Positions 24,477 to 36,297 of a stretch of 64,000 nucleotides of DNA are shown here, piece after piece. The notes beneath the pieces are model-generated. The model searched no databases and was not told the DNA's origin. It saw only the letters and a program-made list of their open reading frames with translations. Source of the DNA: Podarcis gaigeae. Its lineage: Eukaryota. Position 1 is the stretch's first letter; every line of letters starts with the position of its first letter. Made by a program: the position numbers and the translations under genes. Location: assembly GCA_964106915.2 (NCBI GenBank), contig OZ066916.1; one strand, written 5' to 3'.

Positions 24477-25352
24477 GCAACGGAGCTTGCCTGGAGGGGA
24501 GGGGCTTTCCCTGCTCTTTGTTCCGTTTCAGCAAACACAGCAACGAAACAGAGGAGGCTGGGCAGTAAGACCCTGAGGCAGAATGCAGGAAAGCAGCCGC
24601 TTCCTCTTTTCAGGTTTCGCTTCTCCGTGCAGCGTGCAGCGCCGCGATTTGATTTTTGCATGATTTTTCGGCTCCAGGGACCACACATTCGCTCTATAAC
24701 ACGCACAGACATTTCCCCTTCCTTTTTAGAAGAAAAAATCTGCGTGTTATAGAAGGAAAAATACGGTAACTTAATACACAGGTATTAAAAACTGAGTGTC
24801 ACCCGCCCCAGAGAATCAAGCTATAGACATCTAAGACTTCAATGGAGAATAGCTGGGCAGTAGTTAATATCCACAAGTGTAGCTCGGTAACTATATGCAT
24901 TTATTTGGTGTGAAGGAATTAGTTTGTGGTTTGGGTTATTTAGCTAACATGCACACCATACGCACAAGAAGGAGCTAGGCATAGGAGGAAATTAGGAGGG
25001 GGAGGTCGGGTTCAGCACAACTCTGGGAGGCAAACTAGCCTTCTCTTTCTCTGGGCTCACTTTGCAGAGTAGGCTTCAGACAATCAAAGCTGGGCAGGGA
25101 GTACCAGAGGCTGGTTTCTTAAACAGACGGATACAGGAAACAGCAAACAAATCTCAAAGCACAGCCTCACTTAAAGGTAGCAGATGTGGAGGATGCCATG
25201 TGTAGGGAAAGTACCTCTGGAAGACAGGACAGGAACAAGATATACCTTTCCTGGACCTGTTAGCCAATCCTGAAGAATTGGAACTGGGGCATGTTGAAAC
25301 TGGGTCAGGAAGGGAAAATAGAAATGCAGCAGGCAAAAGGAGGCCCAGAAAT

Positions 25353-25383
<31 letters not shown>

Positions 25384-25803
25384 TTTCACAAGATTTATAC
25401 TCTACTTGAGATTGTATATTAAAAATAATCAAAGTGGTTTACAAAAAGATAAAACAATAAATAGCTGTATAGATTGATACAATATATATTTGATTTTTAG
25501 TGCCACACATATAATACTGAAATATTCCGTTATATCAGTTTAAAATCCTACGGAATAAATGTATAAGTGTTTCCCTCATAGATATTACACTTCTTGAGTT
25601 CCAAAGGAAGCCAAACATAATTCAGGAATGCCACATTGACCATATTTACAGACAGAAATATCTGGATTTTCTGCTTGATGAACTGCCCCTTTTGTGAAAC
25701 TTTTGTGAACTGTAAGCCTTTCTAGCTTGCAGAAATCAGCATTGTGTGAACATAGCAAACTGTATATGCCTAAGTGGAAAGAGTTTAATGCAGATTCTTT
25801 GGA

Positions 25804-25939
25804 CAGGTATAAGCAAACTCAGCCCTCCAGAGGTTTGGGGATTACAACTTCCATTATCCCTAGCTAATAGGACCAGTGGTTAGGGATGATGGGAGTTGTA
25901 GTCCCAAAACATTTGGAGGGCCGAGTTTGCCTATGCCTG
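25804..25939. mobile_element. Palindromic hAT MITE (~136 bp)
   Basis: CAGGTATAAGCAAACTC ... GAGTTTGCCTATGCCTG; flanking CTTTGGA(C) duplication. Confidence 0.9.
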
Positions 25940-27550
25940 CTTTGGACTAATGCTTTACTTTGGTCTATTCTTTAAGGTAAACTACATAAAGTGCCCAGCT
26001 CCAGTTAAGAGTGCATATCAATGACATCAAAACAACAATCACCACAGGAAAGCAAGATGCTTCTCTTCTATTTTTGTTTTCAAGTGTAGTTCTCTTTTTG
26101 TTTTTTAGTGTAGCTCTCTTTTGCCCATAATAGCTATATACTCCTGTGTATAGCAGAACACTCCTGATATAAGCGTTCAACTTTCTTTCTGATTGTCCTG
26201 TGTTTTGGCAAGTACTCTACAGCCAGCCTGAAAGTTGCCAGAAGCAGAAAGGTTTTCCATGCTGAGCATGCTTCAGCAAGTCTGGGCTAGATACTGTCTG
26301 GCAAAGATGCTTGTATTATGATGACCCCCTTCCTGTTATTTGGGATCCAGCCTGTTTACCTGACTCATCTGCAGGGTGGAGTGGCCGCGTGCTGTCTCAA
26401 GGGGCTTCTAAGCACTCAGTGTAGTGTGTATGCTGATAGAGATTCCCTGGTGCTTGTCATGTAGTAAATTACTGAGTTTTGAATTACAGTTATGTTTTCT
26501 GGGTGCAGTGTTGGAACTACCACAAAGAGGGGCCCTAGGCTTGATAATATTGATAGAATGGTGACTAATATGTTTCTCCCACAGTACATGCTTCTGACAT
26601 GCTTCTGACCACTGCTTAGTCATGCAAAGCTTTGTGTTGTACATTTGCACAGTGGCAGTTTTGCTGCCTCAGTCTTGTGCAGAGTTACATAGCCACACTA
26701 TTACAGGATGATGGCTGATAGGATGAGGATGGTGCTGGTGCAAGGTAACATAGAGGCTCGTCATACATATATCCTCCAAAAAGCATAGGACCGCACTTTA
26801 AGTGTCAGAGGGAAGAAATGCTTAAGTGAGGGAAACAATAAATGTACAGGGTTGGAGAAATTGTGTTCTGTTTAGTACTGAATTAGAGAACAACACATGT
26901 CACTCCACACCATGCACTTGCTTCCTCACTTGTGTGCATAGTATCATTTATGAATGGCATGTCCATGTACAATTTTTGGCTTTTGTCTGCATTATACATG
27001 TGAGTGGCTGCTTTTAAAAGACTGCCCAGAGTATAAAACATTTAAGAGTGTTAGCAGCAATGGAAGGACCAGATCAGCAAGGAAAGAACAGTGGGTATAT
27101 TTTGCTCATGTAAAAGAACTCACAGTGCTATTCCTTGTAATTCTGTGAAGTTCACTGTATATCTGAAACATCAGCTTTAGAAAGTGCAAACTTCCTGATT
27201 AGATTAAGTGTTTGTTTAGTGCCAACGCCTACTGATGACCATTTAATTGAAATGCAAATGGTAGAACTATGTGTAAACATCCAGATATTTTGAGTCTCGG
27301 GTGGGAGTTGAGACAGGAAGTAGAGACTGACCATACGCACAGTAGTTTAGCATAATGTGTCTGAATTCTGTCTAATTTCAAACCATAAGCTAAAAAATCC
27401 CTCTCCCATGTAGCCTGGGAGATATTTTATTTATAAAGAACTGTTTGCTTCCATAAACAACTGTTTTTAAAAATTGCATAATAGATCATCACACTCCCCC
27501 TTCCTAAGGCATTTGTGTGGCTATAATTCACCAGAAAGGGATTTCAGTTT

Positions 27551-27670
27551 ATGCATCTGACAGAGTGGGTGTGAATCCATGAACGTTTATGCCATGATAA
27601 TGTTGTTAGTCTTAAAAGTGCCACAGGACTGTTGTTTTTTTCCTGTAAGAGACTGACATGGCTGCCCCTC
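27551..27670 (+). mobile_element. Penelope-like element terminal-repeat remnant
   Basis: GCATCTGA..GTGGG..CCATGAACGTTTATGC ... TGTTAGTCTTAAAAGTGCCACAGGACT matches the recalled reptile Penelope terminal motif. Confidence 0.6.
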
Positions 27671-27967
27671 CAGAAAAAGGGAGAGAAAAAGAAGTGAATA
27701 AAATGTTGCTATCGTTAGGCTGTTATCCTAAGCATAATTGCTTGGAAGCCAAATAAACATGGTTAGGAATTGGGGTGTTTGGCTTGTTTGCTTCACTTGT
27801 GTAATTTCTGAAGCCCTCTGTATTATAAAGTAGCTGTGTTTAACAATAGTTTCTTTTCTTCCTCCCTCTGAAAGTTTTCAGAAAGGGTTCTTCAACCACC
27901 ACCACCTTTGTTGGTTCTGTTGGCTCATTCACAAAATCCACTATGAGTTTTCTTGAACATGTTGTTA

Positions 27968-28075
27968 TTGTTGTTGGCATCTATCTGTCTTGGGAGACAA
28001 TGGAAGAGTTCACCTTCAGGGGTAAAGTCAAACTGTTGGACAGTTGCAAAGCCTGCTGTGGCTGTAAGGACCGAA
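27968..28075 (-). mobile_element. RTE-clade LINE 3' end
   Basis: Reverse strand encodes GPYSHSRLC (cf. RTE C-terminal IGLYSHxRRC), then CCATTGTCTCCCAAGACAGATAGATGCCAAC and a (AAC)n tail. Confidence 0.6.
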
Positions 28076-28079
28076 GCCA

Positions 28080-28310
28080 CTGTGGTACCTCGGGTTACAA
28101 ACACTTCGGGTTACAAACACTTCAGGTTACAGACTCCTCTGACCCAGAAGTAGTACCTTGGGTTAAGAACTTTACTTCAGGATAAGAACAGAAGTTGCAC
28201 AGAAGCGGCGGGAGGTCCCATTAGCTAAAGGGGTACCTCACATTAAGAACAGTTTCAGGTTAAGAACGGACATCCGGAATGAATTAAGTTCTTAACCAGA
28301 GGTCCCACTG
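28080..28310. mobile_element. Tigger-like MITE
   Basis: CTGTGGTACCTC ... GAGGTCCCACTG|TA; homologous to 5533. Confidence 0.88.
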
Positions 28311-28315
28311 TATTC

Positions 28316-28449
28316 ATAGAATTGCAGAGTTGGAAGTAATCACAAGGGTCATCTAGTCCAACACCCTGCCATGCAGGAATGTTTTGCCCAACTTGGGTCT
28401 TGAACCCACAACCTTGAGATGAAGAGTCCCATGCACTATTGACTGAGCT
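28316..28449 (-). mobile_element. tRNA-Lys-headed SINE with CR1-derived tail
   Basis: Reverse strand AGCTCAGTCAATAGTGCATGGGACTCTT...GTGGGTTCAAGACCCAAGTTGGGC resembles tRNA-Lys(CTT); tail matches the CR1 3' end at 14003-14060. Confidence 0.8.
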
Positions 28450-30019
28450 GTATTCAGTCTATATTGTCCCAGGGTAAATGCTTAAGGAAATGCACATTAA
28501 GAGGGAAATTAATTAATCATGGGAGAGAAGACACATTCTTTGATGTAGTTGGGCCCCAGAAATATTTGTCTTTCAAATAGCTTCTGTGAACAGGCATGTA
28601 CATGAGTATAGTGTTTTGCTTGTGGCGAATGAGTACTGAGGGGTTTTTATATTTATTTATTACATTTATATACCACCTTTTCCTCAACGGAGCTCAAGGT
28701 GGTGTATATGGTTTTCTGTTCCTCATATCCTCACAACAACCCTGTGTTACATGACTTCAGAACACAAGAACTAAAGCTGGGTGAACAATATCTTCCCAGT
28801 TGTTAATACTGGATCATGGTAATGTGGTGACTTTTCTGTTAGCGACATATACTGTCAATTCATATACTGTATGTACCTAAAACCTTATTGTTTGAGTCCT
28901 GGTTGAACAATTCAAGCTGGAAAAGTCACCTTCCCAAGGAATGAATAAAACTTCTGAATGTATATGAATAGTAATTACTGACTTAGACATATTACCTATA
29001 TGTAGATTTGTGTCATCATGTTGTGAGTCCCCTCTCCAGGCTACCATTCTGCATTCCCAGCTCCCGTAGGAGAAACCGTAGTAACGCATATGATGGTGGG
29101 TGCTAGTCCATTATAGTAAGTAGTAGAAGCAGATGTCACAAATGAGATGGGGGATGACTTAGTCTTAACATAAAACATCTGTGTGCGTGCTCTACTTTGT
29201 GCCACTTCTCAGGCCTTATGCAGACATTCCTACATTAGGGGAATGTGCATATCATTATAATGTTGGCTGATTCTCTCTCTCTTCCCCCCCCCCCCCGCTT
29301 ACATGTGCATGGCACATGTGCATAGTGACCCCCCCACAGCATGTTTAGGCTTCACTTATATGTGATTAGAGCCTACGTGCATTGGCATCTACATACAAAT
29401 GTAAATATACACACATGCTTTCCAGTGCACAGAAGTCAGGTGTGCTGGTGGAGGCAGAGCCAGCTGCTATGAGCTTGATAGCACTACTATCAAAAACATA
29501 TGCATAAGCTACTCATTGCATTTAGGCACGCAACTAAAATGTTTCAAGTACAACTTTAGTGTGCATACATGTTCGCATGTATCACACATATGATGATGAT
29601 GATGATGATACAGCCACAAACATCAGGAAGTTGTGATTCGCAGTACAGCTTTACCTCTGATCAAAGTATAAAATTACCTTTATTGTGCAGCAGTAAAAAA
29701 AATTGCTCCAAAAACACGCACTATTATTTCTCAAGGAGACTTGCTAGTTTGCTGGGATGCTGAAACGTGAGACACCCTGCTACAGAATGTGCCTGTGTAA
29801 AGAAACCGAGCCAATATCATGGTGGGCACACAGAAAAAAAGTGCAAGGCTTTCAGCCTAAGTTTCAAGAGCTTGTTTTTCTGACAGAGGTGGATGGAAAT
29901 TTAGGCTGCCAGACTCAAGTGAAAGGGTTCCTAAAAGGAGGAGGAAAGGAAACCTTAAAGAGGGCATTCCTGAAATCCTTGCGGGAAGCTGGGTTGACTT
30001 AAACATTAACCCTGTTGAG

Positions 30020-30960
30020 TGGCGAGTGTGTTAAGTGCGTGTCTGCGTGGTGCGACTGGAGAACTTGGGCCAGTCGGCCAGAACCTTCAGCGAGGCTGCT
30101 CTTTCAACAGGCGATTTGTTCGCCTGTCTGGGGCTCATTGCCATGCGAAGGGGCTGACATCAGAGCACCTTTTGTTGCTAAAAGCTCTTTTCTCTGGAGA
30201 GAGACAGAGAGAGCAGTCATGTGGAGATGGGAGAGCCCATGTAGAGGGAAAGGGGGGAGGCAGAGACTTAGAGTTACCTACGAACTGAAAACTCAGCGCT
30301 GGCTCCTGATTTGAGGAGGGGGAACCTTACCGAAAGACTTCCTTTGGTGCCAGATGTATTTTGTGCCTGTGGGAAGCGATTCCCTCTCCCCAAAGAGGCG
30401 ACCGCGACTCTCTGGAGCACCCCTGCGCGAGGGAAAGGTGGTCACGGCCAGCTTTGCTTTGCCACCCTGTTGCTCACCGCTCCAAGCAGGCAAAGTTTGT
30501 GCGGGGCATGGCAGTTTCTAGACGTGCCAAGAGTTGAGCCCGGGAAGGAGCTGCAGGAGGGAAGCGTCGGCCGCCTCCTCTGCTCTCTTCTGGGGCTGGA
30601 GCCTGGCGGGAAGGCGAAGGCAGAGGCGACATGATGGAGTAGCCGGGCGGCGGCGGGTCTGGCTTGAGCGCAGGGCTTGAGCCGGCGGCGGGGCGTGAGG
30701 CAGGCGGCGTCGCCCTTGGCTAGAGTCTCGGTCCGGTGGGGAGCGCGCCTTGAGCTTTGCTTTCCGAGGAGGCGACTATGGAGGAGGAACAAGCCGCCGG
30801 CGCCGAACCCCAGGAGGACAGCAGCATGCCCGAGAGTTTCTCCAGACTCTGGACGGATGTCATGGGGATACTGGTGAGTGACTGGTTTGGGTGGATTGGG
30901 AGAAGTGGAGAGGGAGCTCGAAAGCTAACCAGCCTTGGCTGTGAGGCTGGTGGCTTTGAC
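30020..30960 (+). promoter_or_regulatory. SASH1: CpG island / SASH1 promoter and 5' UTR
   Basis: Sharp rise in GC and CpG (GGCGGCGG runs) in non-repetitive DNA around the start codon, against a CpG-depleted background. Confidence 0.85.
30778..30873 (+). CDS. SASH1: SASH1 first coding exon (32 codons, phase-0 donor)
   Basis: ATG at 30778 (GCGACTATGG) reads MEEEQAAGAEPQEDSSMPESFSRLWTDVMGIL, then CTG|GTGAGT donor. FSRLWTDVMGIL matches the vertebrate SASH1 N-terminus as I recall it. Lies in a CpG island. Confidence 0.95.
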
Positions 30961-32084
30961 ATCTCCTGAAAGTCATTCTTGGGACGACTCAGTGCAAAAG
31001 TTCCTCTTTTGCGGAGCAAAACTTAAGAAAGGAATCCACGGGTTGTTTACGGAGAAGGATCCAATGGGGTTTCTTGAGCCTGTGCTAAGTCGTGAGCCCT
31101 TTACGACCCAAATTGCCTCCCCTCCCCTTTGAATAGCACCTGTTGTAAAAAGTTAGTCAGATGAAATCAACATTACATTACAAGCACCTGCTTTACTATT
31201 CTGCTCCCTGTTGGTTTGCTTGTCCCGGCTATTCTTTAGGCTTAGGTCTCTATTTGTTGGAAGAATTGAATGTTGAGGTGGTGCTGTTTTTGGCTTTTTG
31301 GACGATCGCTTTCATCTCAGCCTAATCACGGTTTCTGAATATGATTATGAGCAATGTGCCTGCTTATAATCAGTCAGGTATCCTTGGGGATTTAATTTCA
31401 GTGGTAAAAGTGTAATTTCCACCAGTGAATTTTGCATACCTATCAAATAGATACTGTATTGCATGATTGAACCTCCTTTTCCAAGCTGATGTGTAAATTC
31501 TGCTACTTTTTTCTCTGCCTCTTAATGTATGATGTATTGAGGAGAACCTGTGGTTTGTTAAACTTGTGCAGTTTCAACTTTGCCTGAACCAATATTTTTA
31601 ACTGTGACTTTGGATTTCACACACTTTTTTTAAGAGAGAGAACTGTAGAGTGATTTATCAGGTCTTCTATGGAATATGCATGCAAAGAATTAAATACTTT
31701 CTAATACTCCTTTCATGTTGCTGATTCTCTTCCTCCCTCCCCTGAGGTTCAATAATTCAATAGCTACGGCGGATCAAAAATGTTCAGCTACACCATACAT
31801 GCCCTGAATTTAATTAGTTCAACTACTTTAACCACACCAGTTGCGGAATGGGGCTAGACCTGACTAATGGAAAACTTAACTCTTTCAGTATTTTTAAAGT
31901 GTTTATTGGCAGACAAGCAAAAGGAGAGTAGAACTGTTGTGATTGAAACTGTTTACTGACAGTTAACTGTAAGAAAAATAATAAGAAAAAGAACAATAAT
32001 TAGATCCCCCCCCCGTGTTTCAAACTGTTAGAGTAGTATTTAGCCTTGTGACCTCAGGCTAATTAAATTATATGCATTCCTAGG

Positions 32085-32720
32085 TATTATTATTTATTGC
32101 TTATAACCCCCTTGTCCTCAAAAGGAAGAGTGGTTAACAATAGACATAAAATAAAACAATAAAAATAGTGTAAACAACACATTAAAAATGAATTAAGCAG
32201 TATGATACAATTATCACAATCCAAAGCAGTCAACAGCACAATAAAATATATCAACAGAACCACCCTTCTCATGCTCTGAAGGCTAATAAAAATAAGTTGA
32301 TGCTCAAATGGGTATAGCAATCTGAATATGCACTAGAAGAGAGTTCCACAAGTGAGTTGCTGCTGCTGAGCACTTACTGAACGAAGGCATTACTAGCAGA
32401 GCCTCTCCAGCGCATTGTAAAAGCCCACGTTGGGTGGTACTGAGTGAGATACTTCCTCAAGCTCGGAGGCCCTGAATCATTTAGATTTATATTCAAGTAC
32501 TGTACCAATACCTGGAATTGTGCCCAATAGCTTACAGAACAGCCAGTGCAGTGCAGTGCAGCACCTGCAAGATTGGTGTTAGGGAATTCCACTTTGCTGC
32601 CTCAGATAGGAAATGGGCAGCAATATTATGTGCCAACCGCATCTTCAGTACTTTCTTCAAGGACAACCCCACTTACAGCAAAATACAGGAATCCAATTTT
32701 GAGGTTATCAGAACATGGAC
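32085..32720 (-). mobile_element. Degraded L2 LINE 3' portion
   Basis: Reverse strand gives VHVLITSKLDSC (cf. L2 VHALVTSRLDYC); AT-rich tail near 32085. Confidence 0.65.
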
Positions 32721-32759
32721 CAGTCACCACTGGTCCACTGGCTTTGGGCTCTCATATTT

Positions 32760-32895
32760 CAGTGGTGCGCTGTGCAATGCTAAAATTCAGTGGTCCCCCT
32801 CCTGCCTGCTCAGTTCTACAGCATTGTTTTAGCGCCCCCTGCAGGGTGGTGCCCAGTGCGACCACACTGGACACGCTACCTTAAAACCGCCTCTG
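32760..32895 (-). mobile_element. DNA transposon remnant (Harbinger-like), related to 60017-60160
   Basis: Terminus CAGAGGCGGTTTTAAGG on minus resembles CAGAGGTGGATTTAGGG at 60017. Confidence 0.35.
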
Positions 32896-33386
32896 CCTAG
32901 ACCTCTGTAACCAAGTTATTTAACAGTGTATCTTGGGCATCAGTTGAAGCTAGGCGTTAGTTAGCACTACTTGCCACTGTGGCCGCCTGAGCATCCAGTG
33001 TTGTATCCAGGAGAACTCCCAAACTATCTCCACATGATTGTCTGAAGATTTGGGAAGAATGAATCTGTTCTGCTGAAAAGTTTTAGGTAGAATAAATAGC
33101 TCCAGAAAATGTCACAGGTTTTACAGAAGTGAGAGTTTCTGTTCTATGTATCTGAACTTGATTTGCCTTTATTTCACTTTACAGTTGTCATAGATTTCAA
33201 AGGTTCTTGTTGTTATTAGTAGTTTTTTTTTGTAAAACTGTGTGTGCTATATACAGTAATCTCAACAAGCAAGTAACTCAGAATGATCTCCTTTATGCTC
33301 AGTATCAACCTTTGTTACAAAGTTCATACCCTCAATAGGCCTCCATTTCCATCTCTCCCCCCCACAAATGTATTAATATTACGTAC

Positions 33387-33530
33387 TTATTATTTTTATA
33401 CCCCACCTTTCTTCATCAGTGGAACTGAAAGTGGTGTACATGGGATTCTCAGGTGATCTCCCATCCAGGTACTGATCAGACTTGCTTAGTTTCAGTGAGG
33501 TGTTGGCCTCCATGTTTCTTCAGATCATGG
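33387..33530 (-). mobile_element. 5S rRNA-derived SINE-like element
   Basis: Reverse strand GAAACTAAGCAAG..TCAGTACCTGGATGGGAGATCACCTGAGAATCCC resembles the 5S internal control region; followed by an AAGGTGGGGTATAAAAATAATAA tail. Confidence 0.7.
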
Positions 33531-34885
33531 TCTAGCACTCAAAAAAAGGAGACCCAGATAATAGGGGAAAGGAGAAGGGGAGGAAGGAGGAAGGAAAGAA
33601 GGTAAAAAAAACCCCTAAAAAATAGAGGCAAGCCAGGGATAAGGAGAGAAACAAGGGACACTGGTACCAGGCACTGTTGCTTGAGGCAGGTGGGGACAAG
33701 CTGCAATCAATGCATTAATTCCTTACATTCCACATTATTAATACATGTATTCATTCATATGTTGAACTACGACAACAGCAATGGGATTTATTTCCTCTGC
33801 TTTTTATTGTTTTTTTTTTAAAAATTAAAATAGTTGACTATGGATGAGGTTACACGGAGTGCATTTTCTGGCAAATTTTGGTACTGTGGGAGATGTACAA
33901 GGTGAGACAAACAGAGTTAAACTGGGTGTCTGGAGAAAGTTAATGTAGCAGAGAAAACACCAACCTTAGTTTTGCCAGTTTCATAGTGCAGTTGCCGGGG
34001 CAAAATGAGTCATTATAGCTGGTAATTCAGTGTGAAGATTCAGTGATGTAGAGTGTTTCAGCTTTAAAATGATGGAATAGCTAAACATCTCCTTTGCCTG
34101 CACTTTTATCACTTTAGAAACAAATAAAGAGAGAAGTCTTTATGCTCATGTCTGTGGGAGCATCTGTAGGGGCATAAGGAGTGGTAGGAAAGTGCTCTTC
34201 TTATTCAGCAGGTATTATGGGTTAGGGGAGCTTTGACTTTGACAGACATTTACTATGAGAGGGTCAGCAGTAAAAGAGAACTTTGCAAAGATCTCATTTG
34301 GAAGCCTACATTTTTTCAGGAAATTGTTGTGGATCAAATCTTCCCTTGGTTTTGGTCTATGCAAAAACTTTTACCAGGCATATTTTGAATATTACATTTT
34401 TAAAAAATCCTAGGATACAATAGGAGATGCTGATTATGGTATTATGTTAAATTGCAGTTATGAAAGCTGGCAGTGGAAATAGAGCCAATACAGTTCTTCA
34501 CTGATTTCAGTCAGATTTCCCCCCCTGTAGTAACAATAATGGGAATAATAATGAGATAATTTTTTTGCTCTGGGTGTCATGAAGGTTGTGCATTTATGAC
34601 AGTTTAAAAACATTTGCTTACTACAGATGAAATATATGCAGGAATGAGAGTCAGCATTTGGATTTGCTGAACTGGAAATGACTGTCCTGTTGCTTGTCCT
34701 AGCTAATTAACCTCAAGAAATATTTCAGTACTAGTCATTGCATTAGAATGTAAGCATGTAAGAGTAGTTTTCCTGGTTATTAATTGGGTCGATAGAGAAT
34801 TAATTGTTTTTTTAAAAAAACCATCCTGCTGTAGTGTTCTACTAATCTTCCATACATGCGTACTCTCTGTGTGTAGACTTTATAG

Positions 34886-35118
34886 CAGAGCTTTCCAAAC
34901 CTTTCATGTTGGTGGCACACTTTTTAGACATGCATCATTTCGTGGCACAGTCAGTTTTGCATCATTTCGCGGCTCAGTAATTCAGTTTTACTAGCAAACC
35001 AGAGGCTAAACAAACCCCTTTCCAGCTCCGGGAGCAATGTGGGGAGCGTTCGCGCGACACACCTACACACTGCAGCTGACACCCGAACGTGTTGCGACAC
35101 ACAGTTTTGAAAGCTTTG
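34886..35118. mobile_element. hAT MITE
   Basis: TIR CAGAGCTTTCCAAAC / GTTTTGAAAGCTTTG; perfect 8-bp TSD CTTTATAG. Confidence 0.9.
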
Positions 35119-35912
35119 CTTTATAGTATACGCTTACGCATTTTTTGCTCTCAGTGTTGTAACTCGTTTAGTGCAAGTTGTAGTTATGAAGTTTAATCTT
35201 TGTAGGGAATCTGAAATGTATCCTACTTTGCATTGATCTTTTGATCAGAATAAATTATATATGTTCAAAGAAGCCAGTGGGGTTTCTGTTTCATAACAAA
35301 ACTAAAATTAGAATTACATTTCTCTGGTGCAACTGTAATTTTACGAATTCCTATTACAGCAATAGGAATAACCCAGCTAACATTCTTTTCAGTGTGATAT
35401 GTGCAGCAGAACTTTCTAGATGATTATTCCTGTTTTTTATAAGTAATACTGAAAAGTGTTGGACAAGAAATTCTGCTTATGATATATATATGATATTTAG
35501 AAAAAATTTCTGTAAGAATTTCTTTCTGATGCTAGATATCTTTATTTGGATGGATTTGTGAATAATATACTATTTAAGTATATGTATATATAATATTTAC
35601 GAGCCTTAATTGGAAAATACAATTTTATTTTATTTCTTAAGAAGAACGTTTTGGGATAGTCTGCTTTAGGCTTGCAAAACTATGCTAAGTGAATAAAAAG
35701 CATAAGTTCATTATGGTTTAGTTGGCTATTGCTAGCAGTATGTAAACAGAACAGTTTCTCTGTATTGAGGTGAATAATGCCAGCTTACATATGCATCAGG
35801 AATATTAACTATTGGCACACATAACTTTGTCATATGTTGTAGCATTCCTACCCACATTTTTTTAACAGTCAGCAGTGTTGTGTTAGAAACTAGGATAGGA
35901 GCCATGTGGCTT

Positions 35913-36297
35913 CCAGGACCTAGGTTGTGGACGCCAAAACAAAAGGTCTAGGCACCATTTTTTTTTGCAGCCCTGCAGGGGGGAAAGAAAGCTGCCAGGC
36001 AAATCAGGGGTCTACAGGGTAGCATGGCAGCAAAGAGGTGTCTTTTGCTACCGCCATACCCCGCCAAACACATTCACCCGGCAGCAAAAAAAAAATAATA
36101 CACATCTTTTGCTCCTTCGCTGCTGGGCAATTCAGGTGGGGGTAGCATGGCAGCAAATGATGCATGTCTTTTGCTGCCGCTGTGCCCAGCAGACCAGCTG
36201 ACTGTAGCCAGGCAGGTGAAAATGCTAGGCACCAAGGGGGGTCCCTGAACATCTCCAGGCAAAATGCGACTGGCGCCCAGCTAATTTCGTATGCTGG
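35913..36297. mobile_element. Probable non-autonomous DNA transposon remnant
   Basis: GC-richer block with repeated CTAGGCACCA and GGGTAGCATGGCAGCAAA motifs; termini unclear. Confidence 0.4.

Larger units (their letters stand above)
23395..24766. mobile_element. Tc2/Kanga-like non-autonomous DNA transposon
   Basis: ~26-bp TIR CCGTATTTTTC(GC/CT)TCTATAACACGCA with TA TSD; subterminal ATAACACGCAC repeats. Confidence 0.88.

Noticed and set aside
23409-24752. Repetitive ORFs and ORFs containing X runs
   Set aside because: Artefacts of the 154-bp array and the N gap.
28380-28449. tRNA-Lys gene (and tRNA-Ala-like sequence at 54259)
   Set aside because: Stems are mutated and each is fused to a retroposon tail, so they are SINE heads.
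30015-31019. Several 65-116 aa ORFs around the CpG island
   Set aside because: Expected in GC-rich UTR. Only 30778-30873 matches SASH1; the ORF-track extension past 30873 is intron read-through.
33442-33500. 5S rRNA gene
   Set aside because: Partial and diverged, lacking the 5' half.
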